NCBI GenBank assembly: GCA_965248695.1 | Contig: CBDFKD010000002.1 | Span: 3,328,001 to 3,392,000 of the forward strand | Direction of reading: 5' to 3' | Length of the DNA stretch: 64,000 nt | Origin: Acidobacteriota bacterium | GTDB taxonomy: Bacteria; Acidobacteriota; UBA890; WLXD01 | Shown: piece after piece, positions 58,773 to 64,000 of the stretch | Layout of the letters: each line of letters begins with the position of its first letter | How positions within the stretch are numbered: position 1 is the first letter of the stretch | Translations under genes and position numbers: made by a program | Notes under the pieces: generated by a model | Seen by the model: the letters and a program-made list of their open reading frames with translations, nothing else | Told to the model about the DNA's origin: nothing | Database searches by the model: none

Positions 58773-61034
58773 CTAGCGTGGCTCGTGAGGCGATGGCGTG
58801 GGGGCGTCGTCGACCGTGAAGATCATCTTCATGCCCGACTCCAGGTGCTCGGCGATGTGGCAGTGAACCATCCAGCGCCCCGGGTTGGACAGCTCCAGCA
58901 GGAGATCGGTGGTCGAGGCCACTGGTAGCAACACAGTGTCCTTCCACGCCAGATTATCGTTCGCCACGCCGTCCTGCTCGAGTACGAGGAAGCGCTGGCC
59001 GTGGAAATGGATCGGATGCTGCATGGCGTGAAACGAGCCCCGATCGTTGATGATTCGAATCTTGACGACGTCACCGACCGCGAAGTTCCAGTCGTCGATG
59101 TCCGTATTTCGGTTGCCTGTACGCGGATCGATCAGCAGCCACTCGATCTGCTCGCCAGTGCTGATCCAGTTCATCATCGGCATCGTCCCGGCCCACTCAG
59201 CGGGATTGAAGTACACGCGATCGAGCGCCATCAGCTGGTCGATTACGAGCGGCAGCTCTCCGGCCTCCAACCGCAGGACGAGCTCGCGATCGGGCGGACG
59301 ATCGAAGTGTTCACGATAGGCCTCGATATCCGCCGTAACATCCGCGTTCGTCCGCAGCACCGAGTGGCTCTCGACGAGGTCGGTGTCGACTCGATCGGCA
59401 GCGACCCTCACAACGCCTAGCTCCGTCGACTCGGTAAAGAACGTCCCGGCGCGATGATTGATTCCCTGCACCACATTCACCACGCGAACGGCACCAGGCT
59501 GCGCGAAACGGACGTCGACGATGTATCGCTCCGCTGGTGCAATGACCAGACTGTCGGCCCACACTTCTCGCTGGTATCGCGATACGTCCGTCGCTACCGC
59601 CTTCATTGGCAGCGGCGTCGTCGCGCCATCGTGCCGGAAGCTCAGGTTGAAGGTGCGCGTGTTGGCAACGTTGGTAAAGAAAAACCTCACGACCTCACCA
59701 CGCATTACCTCGAGCTCGTAGTCGGGCTCGCCGTTCACGAGAAACAGGTTGCCGAACCTCCCCATGAGCATGAAGTTGGCCGACTCGGCGCCGTAGGGTA
59801 CCAGGCCCTGCGCGCCCACCAGCAGGTCGTCGAGCATGAGCACCTGTTCAGTGTTCACCGGTCCGTAGACATCCGCAGCCAGCGGATCGACGAGCATGTT
59901 GCCGTACAGACCGAGATCCTGTGCGATGTCCTCGCGGTGGTGTGGGTGATACCAGTAGAGTCCCGCGTCGCGGAAGTACACCTGGTAGCGGAAGCCCTCC
60001 CCCGGGAGGACCGGGTCCTGGGTCACCCCGGGGACGCCGTCGTAACGATTGTCGAGCCGAACGCCATGCCAGTGCACCGCGGTGGGCAACGCGGTGCGGT
60101 TCTCGAAGTTGACGAAGATCGTCGCCTTCTCCGGAACATGGATCAGCGGCCCGGGTATCTGGCCATTGAAGCCGTACATCAGATAGGTGCGACCAGCCAG
60201 CTGCCGGCGCACGAGGCCGGCTTCGAGATCGAGCGTGCCGCCGTCGCCCAGGCGAACGATCTGACGGCGCCGAGCCAACGGCACGCCCTCGGGATCGGCT
60301 GCTGCAGGTAGCCAGGGCGTGGCGTCCGGGCGCAGCGCAGCCAACCCCGGCATCATCGGCACCGCCGGGTGCATGGGTGGCGCTATGTCCTCGTCACGCT
60401 GGTCCGCATCCGGCGCACTGCCATGCTCGCCGGTCCCGCTCGGGGCAACCAGCGCCAACGGCGCCTGCGTGATCAGGTCCTCGGCACTCATGCGCGAGCT
60501 CGGCGACCTGCCCCGAAGGACCAGGCGTCCGCCGCGGGCCAGTGCCTCCGCCACGGGCTCGGCACTGATCCATATCGAGAATTTGTTGTGGCTCACCTCG
60601 CCCAGATCGTTGAGCCCGTTGTGCACTTCGCCCAGCCGGGTGACCGGATCCAACCACGGGGTCGTCACCCAGGCGACGTAGGCCGCCGATCCGAGCTCGG
60701 CCGGGTCCGGAAGGCCTTCGATCCACACCCTGAGGTCATACCGGTGCCGGCCCTCTGCGGTCACCGCAATGCCGAACGGTGAGCGCACTCGTCCGAGCTC
60801 GACCAGGCCACGCGCGTCCCCGGCGCGGGCGGTCGGAAACAGCTCCATGCAGCCCAGATCCGCCGAAGTGGCAATCATCGAAGCAGAAAAGGCACATCGG
60901 AAACCGGCGGCCGGTGGCGCCAAGCCCGTAGCGGTCGTTTGCTCCGATGCCTCGACCCCCGCGAACGGCGCTGCCGCCATCGCCAAGAGGATCCATCTCG
61001 CAGCCAGCCATGCGTGGGTGCCGTGCGGCTTCAT
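58773..61034 (-). CDS. Multicopper oxidase with extra N-terminal domain
   Basis: HWHG, WYHPH, HPIHFHG, HCHIAEHLESGM. Confidence 0.92.
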   Translation of the reverse strand: MKPHGTHAWLAARWILLAMAAAPFAGVEASEQTTATGLAPPAAGFRCAFSASMIATSADLGCMELFPTARAGDARGLVELGRVRSPFGIAVTAEGRHRYDLRVWIEGLPDPAELGSAAYVAWVTTPWLDPVTRLGEVHNGLNDLGEVSHNKFSIWISAEPVAEALARGGRLVLRGRSPSSRMSAEDLITQAPLALVAPSGTGEHGSAPDADQRDEDIAPPMHPAVPMMPGLAALRPDATPWLPAAADPEGVPLARRRQIVRLGDGGTLDLEAGLVRRQLAGRTYLMYGFNGQIPGPLIHVPEKATIFVNFENRTALPTAVHWHGVRLDNRYDGVPGVTQDPVLPGEGFRYQVYFRDAGLYWYHPHHREDIAQDLGLYGNMLVDPLAADVYGPVNTEQVLMLDDLLVGAQGLVPYGAESANFMLMGRFGNLFLVNGEPDYELEVMRGEVVRFFFTNVANTRTFNLSFRHDGATTPLPMKAVATDVSRYQREVWADSLVIAPAERYIVDVRFAQPGAVRVVNVVQGINHRAGTFFTESTELGVVRVAADRVDTDLVESHSVLRTNADVTADIEAYREHFDRPPDRELVLRLEAGELPLVIDQLMALDRVYFNPAEWAGTMPMMNWISTGEQIEWLLIDPRTGNRNTDIDDWNFAVGDVVKIRIINDRGSFHAMQHPIHFHGQRFLVLEQDGVANDNLAWKDTVLLPVASTTDLLLELSNPGRWMVHCHIAEHLESGMKMIFTVDDAPTPSPHEPR

Positions 61035-61105
61035 TCAGGCACGATACGCGGCCGCCAGCCCGCATCGCAATTCTGGCCGACGGACGCGAGCGCAGAGGTC
61101 CGAGC

Positions 61106-64000
61106 TCAGCGCCGGCGGGCGCCTTCCCAGCGACTACCGGCGAGCAGCCCAGGGCGCGCCACATACACCGGTCCAGCGTAGAGTCGCTGTACCGCCGCGG
61201 CGCGCGGCGAGATCGCGTGCTGCTCGAGATGATCCGACGTGGCGGCGTCGATGCCTGCCGCCGGGCGAACGCCGTTGGCCGGCGCCTCGGTGCGGTCGGT
61301 GCGGTCGGTGCGGTCGTCGTCCACCGCGCGAGGGTCGCTCCGGCGCACCTGCGGCGGGGCCATCACCGTGATGTAATCGTAGAGTCGGGGCCGCAACGGC
61401 GACGCCGCCACGATCGGCGCCGGCGCCGTCTCCACCAGCTCTGCTATCGGCGGCAAGGAGGCAGTCACGGTTATCTGGTCGACCACGCGCGGCGGAATCC
61501 CTTTGACCCACTCGGTCACCGTCACGTACTCGTACAACCGCGGTCGCAGCAACGCTACTCGGCCCGCCGACGGGGGTCCGACCGGTACCAGTTCCGAGGC
61601 CTCCGGAGCCGCCGCGACGACCGTCTCCCGCACGCTCAGAGACACCGTGCCGTCGTTGTCCGCCGGCGCAACGGGGTCGGCGATCCGTACGTCGGCGGTG
61701 GCTTTCAGAGGCTTCTCGAGTGGTCCTACCGCGGCAACGGTGAGAGACGGCCAGGGAAGCAGCATCAGCGGCGGCGCGGTGGCCGTAGCAACCGCGTGAA
61801 GGCCAGTGCCCGACGACGGAGCCGGGCGCTCGGGCGGCGACGCCGAAACCGCGAATAACCGACTTGCGATAGAGCTCGGGTTCGTCCGCGGCGCTGTCGA
61901 CGGGTCGACGGCGGCGGCCGTCCTCGATGCGTCGGTCGTAGTGTCGACATGGGCGATCACGCGCTCGGCTCCGGCCGAAATCTCCAGCGACAAGTCCTGA
62001 TCGAAAATGAAGTCATCGATCACCTCTACCGGGCGACTCGGCCATTCAATGTCTGCATCGGGAGCGTTGTCGGGAGATAGCCGCAGGGTGTAGCTACCGA
62101 TCGGAACTCCGTCGATGCGGAACAGTCCGAAACGGTCGGTCGCTGCCCGTGCCACGACGTCTCCTCGACGGTCGACGAGCTCGACCATCAGCCCTGGAAG
62201 CTTGCGACCGCCAACGAGCACCCGGCCGGCAATGCCGAACTCGACGTCGAGGGTGAAATCGGCTCGGGTTATTGCCCCGGCCGCAACCTCGACCATGCGC
62301 TTGCGCTCTCGCGGCGACAGCTCGATCGGCAGGCGATCCGGATCGTATTCGACACGATGCACGCCCTCGTCGAGATTGGTCAACAGGTACTTGCCACCAC
62401 GAGTGGTCCGGGTCGCCGGTCGCCCGTTCACCAGAATGGGAAGCCCGGCGAGTTGCTCGGCATCGACCTTGTAGCCGTCGGCGACGCGAATGCGTCCGGC
62501 AATACCGCCGGTGGAGCCGTAGTTGCCCAGTGACCGTCCCGGAACGACACGACTGCCAGCAAAGGCAAGATCGCCGACCAGAGCAAACGACAGCGTGGCG
62601 CCACTCTCGCGGCCCTCCTCTGCCAACAGAGACTTCGTCTGATAGGTAGCCGCCAGGAGCATTCCGGGCATCACCGCGGCCTGCACACCGAGGGCGACTC
62701 CCAGCTGGCCATTGGTGAGCATCGGGCCGCCGATCAAGGCCGGTTGCCAGCGGCCTTTGCCGACCCACGACAGGCGCAGGGCCTGGCTGTGGCCGGCCCC
62801 TTGAACGATCTGGCCAAGCAGTGAGGCGCGAAGCCGGGCAGCTGGCTGCCATGTGAGGTCCAGCATGGCGTTGGGACCGCTCCGAGTCGCGCCCACGCGC
62901 CACCGCGACCCGGGCGACCACATCAGATCGAGGCGATACTCACCGTGGTAGTCGGGGCGAGCACGCATCGACATGCCGCGCCAGGGTCGGAACGACACTG
63001 CCGGGAGCAGGAACGTCTGATCACCGGTCTGCGACCGTCGATAGCGACCGACGACGCCGACCTCCCAGGTGCCGCTGACGCTCCGCCGTGAGAAATCGAC
63101 GAAATGGTCGGTGAACCGCTCACTGCCGAGCTGAAAGCCCGCCTCACGACCCTGCGAGCTGGCGAGGAAGCGCCACCGCCCAGCGTACGCCTCGATATCG
63201 CCCAGATAGCCGAACCGGCCTCCCGAGCCGGCACCGGCGAACGATGCCACGACGCCGCTGGCGAGCTGGCTGACAGCACCGACGACGAACTGGCGCCGGG
63301 CGCCGTCCTGCTGCATCGCCGTCTCCAGCGTCAGCTTGCTTGATACGCCGAATCTGCCTTGAGCGAAGCCGGCGGTGCCCGACAACTGTTGCGCCGGGTG
63401 AAGCGCATTGCCTTGCTGACCGAACCCACCCTGCATCATGAGCGCGCCGGAAGGCAGCATCTGCTGTGAGGCGCTGCGCGAGTGGTCGTGGATATCAATC
63501 GGCACCGTGGGAATGCCACGGTCGTAAATCAGTACCTCGACGCGATTGGCGCGCGATGTCGACAGTCGTACTTCGCGAAAATCATAGAGACCGTCGAGAC
63601 CCATCGTTTGCGCCGCCACATTCCGGTCGTTGACCCGGAGGACCGCGGTGCCCGCTGGAACGCCGACCCCGCTGATCGGAGCGCATCTGGCGGGGCAACA
63701 GCTCGGTGCCGCTGGCATTGACGCTGAACAGCTCGAACGGCTGATTCGTCCAGGCCCCCTGAAGGCCGGTCATCTCGATGCCGCTGAGCATGGGGTGGAG
63801 GCTGACGCGCTGGTATCCCGCCATCACCAGCTTGTCGTCGAAGCGACGCAACCAGGCGTATTCCGACAACCGCCGGCGCTCGGCAAACGACTCATCGTAG
63901 CGAATGCGCCACTGCCCCCCAGCGGCGCGGCCCGACAAGACCGTGTCCGCCGATGAAACGCCCAAATCCCGTCGCTGCGATCTGCGAGCCCGGATTTGCG
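61106..64000 (-). CDS. Large outer-membrane / usher-like protein with carboxypeptidase-regulatory-like domains; 5' end beyond window, frameshift near 63677
   Basis: Frames 63582-63965 and 61106-63718 join at ELLPRQMRS/ISGVGVPAG; beta-strand-rich barrel region, GIAGR..TDRFG.F.IDGVP.G.Y.L, Pro/Ala-rich tail. Confidence 0.65.
61287..61316. repeat. 9-bp in-frame tandem repeat (TCGGTGCGG x3, encoding DRT x3)
   Basis: Seen directly in the sequence. Confidence 0.8.

Noticed and set aside
1-64000. CRISPR arrays, tRNA/rRNA, prophage, defence systems, transposases
   Set aside because: No regularly spaced repeats or recognisable signatures found by eye.

Overview
High-GC, gene-dense bacterial chromosomal segment with about 55 CDS. 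I found no rRNA, tRNA, CRISPR array or transposase. The GWxTD protein, the ADOP-type permease remnant, several PQQ-like propellers and the DUF5916/LVIVD proteins suggest Acidobacteriota or a similar lineage (inference). Main blocks: (1) 1.3-13 kb, tryptophan/anthranilate catabolism (TDO, kynureninase, aryl-CoA ligase, anthraniloyl-CoA monooxygenase/reductase, ECH, ACAD, RidA), with no kynB but a creatininase-family hydrolase as a candidate replacement. (2) A 270-bp MITE with perfect 30-bp TIRs and a CTAG duplication at 1003-1272. (3) 19.1-35.5 kb, a tightly packed 13-gene cluster that fits no pathway I know: Fe-ADH, two PQQ-like beta-propellers, HemN-like radical SAM, TonB receptor, flavin halogenase, DUF3311 plus Na+/solute symporter, GT4, thioesterase, ABC exporter and ATL. 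This is the best candidate for an undescribed system. (4) Alkylation-repair genes, and tandem ECF-type promoters with a hairpin and an unannotated 48-aa ORF. (5) Housekeeping and envelope genes, a copper-related block and a frameshifted large outer-membrane protein at the right edge. All calls are motif-based by eye; no searches were run, and several start codons are uncertain.
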